Shown here: positions 1 through 10,045 of the stretch, piece by piece
Layout of the letters: each line of letters begins with the position of its first letter
How positions within the stretch are numbered: position 1 is the stretch's first letter
Source of the DNA: Candidatus Poribacteria bacterium
GTDB taxonomy: Bacteria; Poribacteria; WGA-4E; PCPOR2b
Assembly (NCBI GenBank): GCA_965208675.1
Contig: OZ242351.1
Coordinates: forward strand, 640,001 to 704,000
DNA length: 64,000 nt
Reading direction: 5' to 3'
Position numbers and translations under genes: made by a program
Notes under the pieces: model-generated
Seen by the model: the letters and a program-made list of their open reading frames with translations, nothing else
The model's database searches: none
What the model was told of the DNA's origin: nothing

Positions 1-53
1 AATTTTATCAACTGTTTTCTGAGACCAATTACAATCTCAACACATGTTCTCAC

Positions 54-83
54 TTGAGCAATGCACCCCGAAAGTGATATAAT
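54..83 (+). promoter_or_regulatory. Putative sigma70 promoter for fumC (TTGAGC-18-TATAAT, extended -10 TG)
   Basis: TTGAGC at 54-59 and TGA-TATAAT at 75-83; CACATGTTC direct repeats at 41-49 and 84-92 flank it. Confidence 0.5.
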
Positions 84-214
84 CACATGTTCAAGCAAAC
101 GATTAAGGTTTGTAGATCTAGATTCATGGTTTCAATACTCAAGACCAATAGTATTGAGATTTTCCCATGGTACCAAGACAGCATATAAGAATTGAAATTC
201 TACCGGAGGAGTAG

Positions 215-1615
215 ATGGACACACGAATTGAAAAGGACAGTATGGGTGAAATTGAAGTTCGCGCAGATCGGTATTGGGGTGCGCAGACGCAGAGATCCAC
301 CCAGAATTTTAAGATTGGCGGTGAACGGTTCCCGCGTGAAATGATCTGGGCGCTTGGAATCGTGAAATGCTCGGTAACCGAAGTGAACACTGCACTGGGT
401 TTGCTAGAACGGAATAAAGCGGACGTAATCATGAGAGCCGCACAAGAAGTGATTGACGGCCTGCTTGACGATCATTTTCCGCTTGTGGTCTGGCAGACTG
501 GCAGTGGAACACAGACGAACATGAATACGAACGAAGTCATTGCTAATCGTGCTATTGAAATGCTGGGCGGCCATCTGGGGAGCCAAGAGCCCATACACCC
601 GAACGATCACGTCAACAAGTCTCAATCGACCAATGACGCATTTCCGACTGCAATTCATGTGGCTATCGCAGACCGCATCCACCATAACCTTATTTCAGCG
701 GCGACTGTCCTACGCGACGCCCTCAATGATAAGGCGGAAGAATTCAATGATATCGTAAAAATTGGACGTACGCACTTGCAGGATGCGACGCCCCTGACGT
801 TGGGACAAGAGTTCTCCGGGTACGCAATGCAAATTACCAACGCAATTCGTACAATCGAGAATTGCTTCCCGCACCTCTATGAATTACCGATTGGCGGCAC
901 GGCCGTAGGGACGGGGTTGAACAGCCATCCAGAGTATGCCGCAAGAGCTGCAGCGGCGATATCTAGGCGAACAGGTTTTCCGTTCGTGTCGGCGCCGAAC
1001 AAGTTTGAAGCTCTCGGTGCACGAGATGCTGTTGTCGAGGTGAGCGGTGCTTGCAAAACATTGGCGTGTTCACTCAACAAGATTGCGAACGACATCCGTT
1101 GGCTTGGGAGCGGACCGCGTTGCGGCATTGGAGAGATTTCCCTGCCAGAGAACGAGCCAGGGAGTTCCATCATGCCGGGGAAAGTCAATCCAACACAATG
1201 CGAGGCGATGACGATGGTTTGCGCCCAAGTCATTGGCAATGATACGACGATAGCGCTCGCCGGCGCCTCAGGAAATTTTGAACTAAATGTGTTCATGCCC
1301 GTCATCGCCTTTAACGCGCTGCAATCGATTCGCCTTTTAGGAGACGCCTGCGCGTCATTCACGCAAAATTGCGTTCTTGGCATTCGCCCGAACCGCGAAA
1401 AAATCGACCAATATTTGAATGACTCCTTAATGTTGGTGACTGCGCTCGCCCCTAGCATTGGATATGACAACGCCGCTCTAGTAGCAAAAACAGCCCACAC
1501 GGAAAACAAGACGCTGCGCCAAGTCGCACTTGAATTGAATCTATTGACCGAGGAAGAGTTCGATCGCGTTGTCGTTCCCAATAAAATGATTGGTCCAAAC
1601 GTGAAAGCGAACTAA
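215..1615 (+). CDS. fumC: Fumarate hydratase class II
   Basis: [10 protein letters not shown]-terminus, [22 protein letters not shown], signature [11 protein letters not shown]; GGAGGAG RBS. Confidence 0.97.
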   Translation: MDTRIEKDSMGEIEVRADRYWGAQTQRSTQNFKIGGERFPREMIWALGIVKCSVTEVNTALGLLERNKADVIMRAAQEVIDGLLDDHFPLVVWQTGSGTQTNMNTNEVIANRAIEMLGGHLGSQEPIHPNDHVNKSQSTNDAFPTAIHVAIADRIHHNLISAATVLRDALNDKAEEFNDIVKIGRTHLQDATPLTLGQEFSGYAMQITNAIRTIENCFPHLYELPIGGTAVGTGLNSHPEYAARAAAAISRRTGFPFVSAPNKFEALGARDAVVEVSGACKTLACSLNKIANDIRWLGSGPRCGIGEISLPENEPGSSIMPGKVNPTQCEAMTMVCAQVIGNDTTIALAGASGNFELNVFMPVIAFNALQSIRLLGDACASFTQNCVLGIRPNREKIDQYLNDSLMLVTALAPSIGYDNAALVAKTAHTENKTLRQVALELNLLTEEEFDRVVVPNKMIGPNVKAN

Positions 1616-1709
1616 CTTTACGCTTGAATTGAACTGATTGAACATTAGACCTCGAATTCTTTGAACGAATTGCGTATTGGCTTTTTTGAGATGTAATTCG
1701 TCACATGTT

Positions 1710-2630
1710 ATGCCGCCTATTGAAAAACTAATCGCTGACTTTGATGGAACCGTGTCTGAGGTAGATACACTTGGTCTATTGGTGCAGAACGCCGCAAAAC
1801 ATCGGGCAACTGCCGGCGAAGTGGGAGCGCAAACGTCATTATTAGAATGGCGCGAAACGGTGGAATGGTATTCAAAACAGCACAATCGGATTGTCAATGA
1901 ATGGCTTACCAACGACAGCGGGGGAACGCCTGGCACGGAGGACAATCTCGAAGTTCACCCAGACCTAGCTGGACTCCGGAGATTCCTTGATGCCGCTGAG
2001 GTCCTGGAATATGACGCTACCCGTAGAGTCATAGAAAGAAAATTCCTGTCAGGGCTCACAAAGGAGACGCTCCGGAAGATTGGCCGGAGCGTTCAATTGA
2101 GATCTGGGGTATTCACGCTAATGGATGCGATGCGCGCGATTGGTATAAAGATTGAAATACTCTCTGCAAATTGGTCAATGACCTTTATTCAAGGCGCGAT
2201 GGGAGACATGTGCGATCAGATTGTAACCAATAGCTTGGAATTTGATAAATCAGGGCGTTCAACCGGGGAAATTCATTTACGCGTGATTTCTGCACAAGAT
2301 AAACTGAAACACTTTTTAAAGCGGAAAAGCGACCGCAATCATTTTACTCCCTCGCAGTACGTGAAGGAACAGCACCACACGCAACAGCCACAGTCCGGAC
2401 GAACATTGTACATCGGCGATTCAGTTACGGATTTACTCGCCATTTTGGAGGCTGATGTTGGGGTGTTGATTGGCACCAAGCAAACCGCTGTTCAGGCAAT
2501 GAAGCGGTTTGGTATTCCCACGCGAACGATAACCGGCAAAGATAGATTTGATCCAGTCCGTGATGCTGCACGCACCGTACTACGTGTGGATTCATGGGAG
2601 ACATTAGGGCATTTCCTCGAAAATGAATAG
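1710..2630 (+). CDS. HAD-superfamily phosphatase (TH2/Cto1-like)
   Basis: Motif I DFDGT, motif II LSANWS, motif IV YIGDSVTDLLAILEADVG; ATG at 1710 preferred. Confidence 0.75.
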   Translation: MPPIEKLIADFDGTVSEVDTLGLLVQNAAKHRATAGEVGAQTSLLEWRETVEWYSKQHNRIVNEWLTNDSGGTPGTEDNLEVHPDLAGLRRFLDAAEVLEYDATRRVIERKFLSGLTKETLRKIGRSVQLRSGVFTLMDAMRAIGIKIEILSANWSMTFIQGAMGDMCDQIVTNSLEFDKSGRSTGEIHLRVISAQDKLKHFLKRKSDRNHFTPSQYVKEQHHTQQPQSGRTLYIGDSVTDLLAILEADVGVLIGTKQTAVQAMKRFGIPTRTITGKDRFDPVRDAARTVLRVDSWETLGHFLENE

Positions 2631-2846
2631 TCTTAGGCAAAATGACGAACAGGGAGTGCGGCAGAAGCTCCGCAGATTTTAACAACTCAAACGCACTAGA
2701 AAGGCATTATTTTCTATTGTTCAACCAGGTTTGCAGATATGAACACACGCAGCAATTGGATTAATCCTCTCAAATTTCTAGGTTAATCTATCATGTTGTT
2801 TTACGGGGAAGATTTGCGCGAGTGAGAATACAGGAGGGAAGTCATT

Positions 2847-4052
2847 ATGCTCAGTGTCGAGGAAGCGCGTAAACGGATATTGGACGTAACCCATGTCTTG
2901 CCGCCGGAAAAACTCAGGATTATGGACTGTCTCGGATATGTCTTGGCGGAAGATGTGCACGCCACGGAACATATACCGCCGTTTCGCAATTCTGCGATGG
3001 ACGGATACGCAGTGGTTGCTGAAGATACACAGTCGGCTTCCAAAGATTTTCCAATTCAACTTTCGATTGTCGAATCTATACCCGCAGGCTATGCCCCAAC
3101 CGAGTGCGTTGCGCGCGGCCAAGCTGCCCGGATTATGACGGGGGCAATGATGCCCAATGGAGCAGATGCCGTTGTGATGATAGAAGAAACGCAATCTGAA
3201 AAGAATCAGATTAAGGTCCTTGATAGTGTAGAAAAAGATGAGAATGTACGCTTTGCCGGTGAAAGCGTAATGCAAGGCGATCTCGTGATGTCAAGAGGCA
3301 AGCAAATCCATCCGCCGGAAATTTCCATGCTTGCCTCACTCAATCTACCGGCAGTCGAGGTGCACAAGCGCCCCAAAGTTGCCGTGATTTCGACAGGCGA
3401 TGAGCTAACACCTCTCGGCGGACCGCTGAAGCCGGGCAAGATTCGAGATAGCAACCGATACGGCATTTGCGCCCAGATTCAGGAAGCTAATTGCTTTCCA
3501 ATCGATATGGGGATTGCCACCGACGATGAAGTGGTGTTGGAACGCAAATTCCGCGATGCAGTGGGTCAAGCCGACGCTGTCGTCACCAGCGGAGGCGTAT
3601 CAGTCGGAGACCACGACAGCGTGAGAGCGGTTCTCGCCCGGATGGGTGAGATAAATTTCTGGCGGGTCGCGATGAAGCCGGGAAAACCACAGGCGTATGG
3701 ATTCATTGACGGCGTGCCAATCTTCGGATTGCCGGGGAACCCGGTATCGTCGCTTGTGGTGTTTGAATTATTTGTCCGTCCTGCCCTGCTCAAAATGGCA
3801 GGTCATACCGATTTACTTCGTCCAACGTTCCAAGCCATTTTAGATGATGACGTGGTAAACAGGGATGGGCGCGTAAACTTTCTGCGGACAATCATTACAT
3901 CGCGCAACGGCAAATTTCATGCCCAGACGACGGGACCGCAAGGATCCGGCATTCTTTACTCGCTCGTTCTAGCAAACGGGTTCATAATTATTCCGGCAGG
4001 TGCGACCATCAAAGCGGGCGAAACAGTCGAAGCACAGTTACTGAAGTGTTGA
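2847..4052 (+). CDS. moeA: Molybdopterin molybdenumtransferase
   Basis: PPFRNSAMDGYAV, IMTGA, STGDEL, TSGGVSVGDHD, MKPGKP, GLPGNPVS. Confidence 0.96.
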   Translation: MLSVEEARKRILDVTHVLPPEKLRIMDCLGYVLAEDVHATEHIPPFRNSAMDGYAVVAEDTQSASKDFPIQLSIVESIPAGYAPTECVARGQAARIMTGAMMPNGADAVVMIEETQSEKNQIKVLDSVEKDENVRFAGESVMQGDLVMSRGKQIHPPEISMLASLNLPAVEVHKRPKVAVISTGDELTPLGGPLKPGKIRDSNRYGICAQIQEANCFPIDMGIATDDEVVLERKFRDAVGQADAVVTSGGVSVGDHDSVRAVLARMGEINFWRVAMKPGKPQAYGFIDGVPIFGLPGNPVSSLVVFELFVRPALLKMAGHTDLLRPTFQAILDDDVVNRDGRVNFLRTIITSRNGKFHAQTTGPQGSGILYSLVLANGFIIIPAGATIKAGETVEAQLLKC

Positions 4053-4170
4053 CAGTTGCGCTATAATAAACTGCAATTTCTGTAGAGATTCCTAATGACT
4101 GATTAAAACTGGGTACAAACAAAGGTACGAACCGCGCCGTTAAATTAAAGCTTTCAAACTGAAACCTGTG

Positions 4171-4194
4171 AGGGATTGGTGCACCCAACCCTAC
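4171..4194. repeat. REP-like imperfect palindrome ending in CTAC
   Basis: AGGGATTGGTGCACCCAACCCTAC; the reverse complement begins GTAG. Confidence 0.45.
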
Positions 4195-4215
4195 AAATTG
4201 AATGAGGGATCACAC

Positions 4216-4815
4216 ATGCCACGACAGGTTTTTGTCGATATAGATACGCAACACGACTTCATTGATGCTGACGGCGCTCTTTCGGTGCCGGGAGCAGAGG
4301 ATATCCGAGAAAATTTACATATGCTTACTAACCACGCGCTTGAAACTGGGGTGAAAATTATCGCCTCGGCGGATGCACATGCGCCTGACGATAAAGAGTT
4401 TGAGGTCTTCCCGCCGCATTGCGTACAAGATACCCCTGGGCAGAAAAAAATTGAGGAGACAAGCGTTGCCAACACGCAGGTCATCACAAACACCGCATCA
4501 GGAACCCATCCACACGAAGTGGTCAGTGGGGCGGATCTGGTCTTGTTAGAGAAACAGACATACGACGTTTTCACGAATCCGAACACGGCAGAGATTGTCA
4601 GGGCGGCAAACGCGGATGAACATATCGTTTACGGCGTTGCGACGGACTACTGCGTCAAAGCGGCAGTGTGCGGATTGCTTGATCGAGGGCATAACGTAAT
4701 CGTCGTCGAGGATGCCATTGCGGCGGTGGACGAGAGTGCGGGCAATGACGCTATCGCATTGATGAAACGGGAAGGGGCAATTTTTGAGAAGACCCGTGAA
4801 ATCATCGGTAGGTAA
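4216..4815 (+). CDS. Cysteine hydrolase, nicotinamidase/isochorismatase family (PncA-like)
   Basis: DIDTQHDF, DAH, FPPHC, EKQTYDVF, GVATDYCV catalytic motifs. Confidence 0.85.
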   Translation: MPRQVFVDIDTQHDFIDADGALSVPGAEDIRENLHMLTNHALETGVKIIASADAHAPDDKEFEVFPPHCVQDTPGQKKIEETSVANTQVITNTASGTHPHEVVSGADLVLLEKQTYDVFTNPNTAEIVRAANADEHIVYGVATDYCVKAAVCGLLDRGHNVIVVEDAIAAVDESAGNDAIALMKREGAIFEKTREIIGR

Positions 4816-4844
4816 TTCAGTCTGGCTTAAAGCTGCGGAATCCA

Positions 4845-5792
4845 ATGACTGCTGAGAAGAAAACTGGTTTTGTTTACCATCCCGATTGCTTGAAGCACGA
4901 TACTGGACACGGACACCCTGAACGTCCGGATCGGCTAAAGGTTTGTATTCAGGCCATTCAGGCATCGCATTTTTGGTCAGATTTAGTTCAATTAAAACCG
5001 ATAATTGCCACGATTGATCAGATTTGCGATGCGCATACAAAACCGTATGTAGACAGCGTGAAGCGCCATTGTGCTGAGAGCGTTCCACTCGCTTACGATA
5101 CGCCGCTCTCGACAGATTCTTTTAATGCGGCGTTACTATCCGCAGGGAACGTGCTTGCGGCGGCTGACGCCGTAATGACCGGAAAAGTTAAAAATTCGTT
5201 CGCCCTTGTTCGTCCCCCCGGTCACCACGCCACGTCGGATCGAGGTATGGGATTTTGCTTATTCAATAATGTCGCCGTTGCGGCTAAATTTCTTCAACGA
5301 GAGCACAATGTCGGGAAAGTTGCGATTGTGGATTGGGACGTGCATCACGGCAACGGCACGCAAGACATTTTCTACAGCGATGATTCGGTTTTTTTCTTTT
5401 CCATTCACCAATTTCCGCTCTACCCCGGTTCAGGACTGGCTAGCGAGATTGGCGCGGGCAAAGGAATCGGCGCGACCTTAAATGCGCCGATGCGCGCCGA
5501 GAGTGAGGCGAACAACTATATCGAGGTTTTCGAGAAATTGCTCATACCCGCGTTGAATAATTTTTCGCCGGACTTCATTATAATTTCGGCCGGATTCGAT
5601 GCGCATCGCTCGGACTTGTTGGCATCAATAAACTTGACCGCAGAGGGGTTTGCGGATTTGACTGACATTATAGTAAGAATTGCTGAGCAGTGTTGTGAAG
5701 GGCGGCTGGTGTCGGCATTAGAAGGGGGCTACAGTCTTGAAGGGTTGGCAGAATCGGTCGTCGCCCATATTGAACGGCTGTTTGAGAATTAG
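4845..5792 (+). CDS. Zn-dependent histone deacetylase family protein
   Basis: HPERPDRL, RPPGHHA, GFCLFNN, DWDVHHGNGTQ, SAGFDAH, LEGGY. Confidence 0.95.
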   Translation: MTAEKKTGFVYHPDCLKHDTGHGHPERPDRLKVCIQAIQASHFWSDLVQLKPIIATIDQICDAHTKPYVDSVKRHCAESVPLAYDTPLSTDSFNAALLSAGNVLAAADAVMTGKVKNSFALVRPPGHHATSDRGMGFCLFNNVAVAAKFLQREHNVGKVAIVDWDVHHGNGTQDIFYSDDSVFFFSIHQFPLYPGSGLASEIGAGKGIGATLNAPMRAESEANNYIEVFEKLLIPALNNFSPDFIIISAGFDAHRSDLLASINLTAEGFADLTDIIVRIAEQCCEGRLVSALEGGYSLEGLAESVVAHIERLFEN

Positions 5793-5797
5793 AGAAG

Positions 5798-6991
5798 TTA
5801 AAATCTATCGGTTTCCCACAAGAATAACTCCCCGCGCGGGAAAAGTACACCAAGCAGCGCAATTTTACTGTCGTCAAGCGTCAAGCCGTTGGAGAACGCA
5901 ATCTGACGCGGCGTCATATTTCCGAACAACAGATTTAACAGTTGTGTGTGGCTGACAGCGAGATCGATGCTTGGCATTCCGATAAATGCTGAGCGCTTGA
6001 AAATTCCTCCGTCAACACTTAAGCATAAGATATCGGTCTCGCAGCGGATAACAATCGATCCGGCCCATCCCGAATAGTCAGAGTCATTGAGCCTGGTTTC
6101 GAATGTCGGCAGCATCTTCGTAAGCAGCGATTCCAGGTTAATTACCCGAATCATAGTATGATAATGTTCAACACGCTTCACTGCGCAGCTTGTACGTGCA
6201 AGTAACTTGCGGCATTCGTGCGGAACAATGGCTTCAACTGAATTAACACCCTCAACATTCGCTTGATTGAAGAAGCGGTGGAATAGTTCAATAGCTGCAC
6301 TTTCATAATTCGGTAGATAACCCATTTCGCGGATGAACCACCGGTCGCACATGAGATAAGCAACGATGCCGCCGTTCTGCCGCGCCGTCCAGAAGAGCGA
6401 GGGATCGTAATCACGCCATTTCGGCCGGTTATTCCAATATTCGACTGATCTGACAATCGTCCCTGTACGGGACGCATTGAAACGTTCGTAAATTTCCCGC
6501 AGCGCCCCTTCATCTTGGTCCAGGTTACATTGCCGAACGATCACGTCCGACGTGCTTTCAAACCTTTCAGGTAAAGTCATGCGCGTCCTGTACGCCGGGT
6601 GCATCACCCAACCTGCCTTGGCGTAATGTGATTGGATGTCCGTAAAGAGAATAGAGACATCATAGCCTGCCCCGTGCATGTACTGAACGCTATCCCGAAG
6701 CACTTGCGATGAGTGTCCGGCACGGCGGTATTCAGGGCGGGTGCTGACGTTCCCGACGCCTGCCATCTGCACAACGCTGCCGCCAATTCGCATGGGACGC
6801 CGAAATATCTGAACGACGCTAACCACCTTCCCATCTACAAAACAGGCGCGGGTATTGTTTAAATCGAACCATGGATCGAGTTTAACAATGTTCGTGAACA
6901 TGTGATCCGATTCATCGAATACACTAATGCTGCATTGAATTGAATCTTCCAGTTCAATTTGGTTTAGGGGCGCGCGGTATTGAATATTCAT
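5798..6991 (-). CDS. Eis-like GNAT acetyltransferase with SCP2-like C-terminus
   Basis: GVGNVSTRPEYRRAG acetyl-CoA motif, IVRSVEYW, C-terminal ...DRF, ~400 aa. Confidence 0.85.
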   Translation of the reverse strand: MNIQYRAPLNQIELEDSIQCSISVFDESDHMFTNIVKLDPWFDLNNTRACFVDGKVVSVVQIFRRPMRIGGSVVQMAGVGNVSTRPEYRRAGHSSQVLRDSVQYMHGAGYDVSILFTDIQSHYAKAGWVMHPAYRTRMTLPERFESTSDVIVRQCNLDQDEGALREIYERFNASRTGTIVRSVEYWNNRPKWRDYDPSLFWTARQNGGIVAYLMCDRWFIREMGYLPNYESAAIELFHRFFNQANVEGVNSVEAIVPHECRKLLARTSCAVKRVEHYHTMIRVINLESLLTKMLPTFETRLNDSDYSGWAGSIVIRCETDILCLSVDGGIFKRSAFIGMPSIDLAVSHTQLLNLLFGNMTPRQIAFSNGLTLDDSKIALLGVLFPRGELFLWETDRF

Positions 6992-7692
6992 GTCTTCCTG
7001 CCGACGTGTATGGCAACAATGCCAAGAGTCTTCTGATAGTATCGCACGTCCGCCAGGCCGCAGCCTTCCATTACGGCTTTAAGCTGTTCACAATTCGGAA
7101 ATTGCATAACTGAATCCGGTAGATAACCGTATGCATCGTCTTTGTTTCTTGAAATTAAATTTCCGATAACGGGCAATAGCCTTTTGAAGTAAAAGAAATG
7201 GAGATTGCTAAAAACCGGCGCGGACGGCTGAGTAAACTCAAGAATTACAACACGCCCGCCTTTGACGGCGACTCGTGCCATCTCGCTGATGCCGAGTTCT
7301 AGCTTCGCGACGTTGCGAATACCGAACCCAACTGACACGATATCGAAGGTATCGTCAGCAAACGGAAGTTGGAGCGTATCCGCCTCGACGGCAACCAAAT
7401 TATGGGTGCGTTTCTGTTTTTCTACTTTCTCTTTGCCAATCGCTAGCATTTCGAAGCAGAAGTCAGTGCCGATTACGGGTTTACCGTTACCCATCGCATC
7501 CGCGTAAGCAAGCGCGAGTTCACCGGTGCCTGTGCAAACATCAAGCACGCTATTGCCCGGTGCAACCTCGCTGACTCGGGTGGTAAATTTTCGCCATGAC
7601 CGGTCACGCCCCATACTCAACAGGGTGTTGAGGAAATCGTACCGCCTTGCAATCGCGGAGAAGATTTTATGGATGTAGGTTTCTTTTTCCAT
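6988..7692 (-). CDS. ubiE: Demethylmenaquinone/ubiquinone methyltransferase (UbiE/MenG)
   Basis: IFSAIARRYDFLNTLLSMG, VLDVCTGTG, FGIRNV, ILEF, YLPDSV; ATG at 7692. Confidence 0.9.
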   Translation of the reverse strand: MEKETYIHKIFSAIARRYDFLNTLLSMGRDRSWRKFTTRVSEVAPGNSVLDVCTGTGELALAYADAMGNGKPVIGTDFCFEMLAIGKEKVEKQKRTHNLVAVEADTLQLPFADDTFDIVSVGFGIRNVAKLELGISEMARVAVKGGRVVILEFTQPSAPVFSNLHFFYFKRLLPVIGNLISRNKDDAYGYLPDSVMQFPNCEQLKAVMEGCGLADVRYYQKTLGIVAIHVGRKT

Positions 7693-7720
7693 AATCCAAA
7701 CGGCAATCAGACACGCGTTG

Positions 7721-8512
7721 TCACGCGAAAGGCAACTGGATATTTGCCACAAACCGCCTCGTGAAATCGAGGTTCATTTTGGCAGAAGCGAAGGCATCCT
7801 CACCGGTCGGCGTTTCCAGTACGAACCAACCTTCATAATCGATTTCCACAATTGCTTTGCTGACCGCTTCAAAGTCCACTCGTCCCCCGCCCAGAGGCTG
7901 CGAATCCGTATCCTTCATGTGCAGATAGCCAATATGCTCCGCGGTAAGCATTCGGATTTCCCGCGCGGGGTCGTAGCCCGCGCTTACGGCGTTACCCACA
8001 TCGTAACAGAGGGCGACGGCCTCAATATCAACTGCCTCGAGCAGACGAAGTTGCTCCTCACCGCTCAATGTACATTCGAGAGCGAGTGTGACGCCGTATT
8101 GCGCGGCAACCACGCCTGTACGCTTTAGTCCATCCACCAGGCGCGGCGCCGAGGCGTGTTCTGAACTTAGCGTCGCCTCTTCAAAAAAGGGCAATACAAT
8201 TACGTTAGCCTCCAACCGCGGTGCAACGCGCGCCAAATAGTTTACGAAGTTTATTCCTTCACGACGCAGGTCATCATCAGGGTTCAAGAAGGTGCGTGGA
8301 ATCAACGCCTGAGCCGTAAGTGCGGCGGCACTACATCCTGACGAATCAATCAATTCTTGGACTTTTTCGACCCCTTCCTCGCTGAACAGTAGATGGTCTT
8401 GATAGTTATCTCCAATGCGAAACTCCAGTCCGTCAAAACCGAGTTCCGCCGCTTGGGCAAATGTTTCCTGGAAGGGAAGGGGCAACATCACATCACGAAT
8501 ACCGATTTGCAT
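7721..8512 (-). CDS. Sugar phosphate isomerase/epimerase (xylose-isomerase-like TIM barrel)
   Basis: GFDGLE, LALE, YDVGN, HMKD, LGGGRVDF, FVLE metal-binding pattern. Confidence 0.85.
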   Translation of the reverse strand: MQIGIRDVMLPLPFQETFAQAAELGFDGLEFRIGDNYQDHLLFSEEGVEKVQELIDSSGCSAAALTAQALIPRTFLNPDDDLRREGINFVNYLARVAPRLEANVIVLPFFEEATLSSEHASAPRLVDGLKRTGVVAAQYGVTLALECTLSGEEQLRLLEAVDIEAVALCYDVGNAVSAGYDPAREIRMLTAEHIGYLHMKDTDSQPLGGGRVDFEAVSKAIVEIDYEGWFVLETPTGEDAFASAKMNLDFTRRFVANIQLPFA

Positions 8513-8690
8513 ACGTCTAATCCTTTTGTGACTGTCCTTGTCGATTCGTACACACCAACAGCCGAGCATCTATCCCAATCGGCAGATTATGATAACAGAG
8601 ACCCAATTCCAGTCTTTACGGGAATCCGGCAGCGTTGAGATAGAATAGCAATGTGTGACGCTGAAGCCTGACGCCGCTATTTCACACCTT

Positions 8691-9092
8691 TTATTCTAAG
8701 ATTTGCATCAGTTCGAACACGAGGCCGTTGGGAGATCTGAAAAAGGCAATGCGGCGCGTCCCCAATCCAACACTGATTTGCCTCGGCTCGAATAGTGTTT
8801 CTGCTCCCAGCCCCGCGGCTTGTTCGCAGGCTTTATCCAGGTCTTCAACTTCGAACACCGCATGGGTCAATCCGGTCATGAGTGGGTAGTTAAGCGATTT
8901 TTCAAACGGCGGCTCCGGCATCAAAGACAGCCGCGTACCGCCGAAATCCAGTAACGCCACCTCGTACACTTCGCCATCGGGCTTTGAACGAGTTTCTCGC
9001 ACTAGAACTTTGCCGCCTAAAGCTTCGAAAAAGCCAACTTCCCGATTTAAGTCTTCAATTTTTACGCCGAGGTTCCAGAGACTTGTCTCCAT
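8691..9092 (-). CDS. VOC/glyoxalase family protein
   Basis: HAVFEVEDLD, RIAFFRSPNGLVFEL; ATG at 9092. Confidence 0.85.
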   Translation of the reverse strand: METSLWNLGVKIEDLNREVGFFEALGGKVLVRETRSKPDGEVYEVALLDFGGTRLSLMPEPPFEKSLNYPLMTGLTHAVFEVEDLDKACEQAAGLGAETLFEPRQISVGLGTRRIAFFRSPNGLVFELMQILE

Positions 9093-9348
9093 AATCCGCT
9101 GCCTTCGCTTGGATAAGGTTGCCGGCAACACACCTATTGTACCGACGGCCTTTTTTTTGCAATCCGATGGGAGAATACACGCCGCCAATAATCCAAGCCG
9201 TTGGTATTTTGGTTAGCAGAATGGTGAATTCTGATACTGTCGAGAACAACACTTATAGGGGGGTGCAAGATGTTGAGTCGTCCTACTATTGCGGGGCGTG
9301 CGTATCATCATATGAACATGCTCAATGCCTTTTCAATCCGATCAGTGC

Positions 9349-9377
9349 ATTGTAGCAAGAGCGGAATAAAATGTCAA
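9349..9377 (-). promoter_or_regulatory. Putative sigma70 promoter (TTGACA-17-TACAAT, extended -10)
   Basis: Minus strand TTGACA ttttattccgctct TGc TACAAT, facing the VOC-epimerase-ubiE-GNAT genes. Confidence 0.6.
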
Positions 9378-9784
9378 CGTCCTAAACAGGTGAAAGAATG
9401 GCGTGGGTCGGCCGCGGGCAGATTTCCGTTTGACCCAATGACTTTGACAGATTAAAAAGGTGTCCCTTTATGCGAGGCTGAGTCCTTGGGGACACTCACG
9501 TCCACCGGCACAATCTTGATTGAAATTTGGCATTCGAAAACACTTGAGAAACCCGTCCAACACTAGCTCCATGGCATGTTCGGTGTATAGTTCAAAGCGT
9601 CAGTTTCGACCCGCGCAAAAGTGCCCTTTTGTGTCTTTTTGTGCCCCATTTCGATGTTTCCTTTTTGGGACACTTCTCACGGTTTGGGTGGCACGTCCGG
9701 CTTGCGGATTTGATTTTACGGTTCAGCACCAGTAGTCAATCCGGCGGTAATGAAATTGAATGTACGTTTTGCGCTCCTTTGGGT

Positions 9785-9826
9785 AAAAAAAAAGGCGAGG
9801 TTAGACATCCTTCAGCGCCCTCGCCT
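9785..9826 (-). terminator. Intrinsic terminator
   Basis: AGGCGAGG...CCTCGCCT stem with a 9-A run on plus (U9 on minus). Confidence 0.7.
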
Positions 9827-9872
9827 CGCCAACAAAAATTTAAATATTCAGATTTTATGCAAAACAAATTTC
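9785..9872 (-). ncRNA. Candidate small RNA (~90 nt)
   Basis: TTGACA(9908-9903)-18-TAAAAT(9884-9879) promoter, then a GGCGAGG/CCTCGCC hairpin plus T9; no ORF. Confidence 0.4.
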
Positions 9873-10045
9873 TATTGTATTTTACAAGGTGTTAAATACA
9901 CATGTCAAGGAAAAATTAAGCCTACAAACGAAAATTTATGGAGCGCGAGTGATATCTACTACGCTAATACCCGAGGACTATCGCGCGCCCTTTATTACCC
10001 TATAATGAACGACCTCGCAACGACTAAACATGAACTAGCCGTGGG

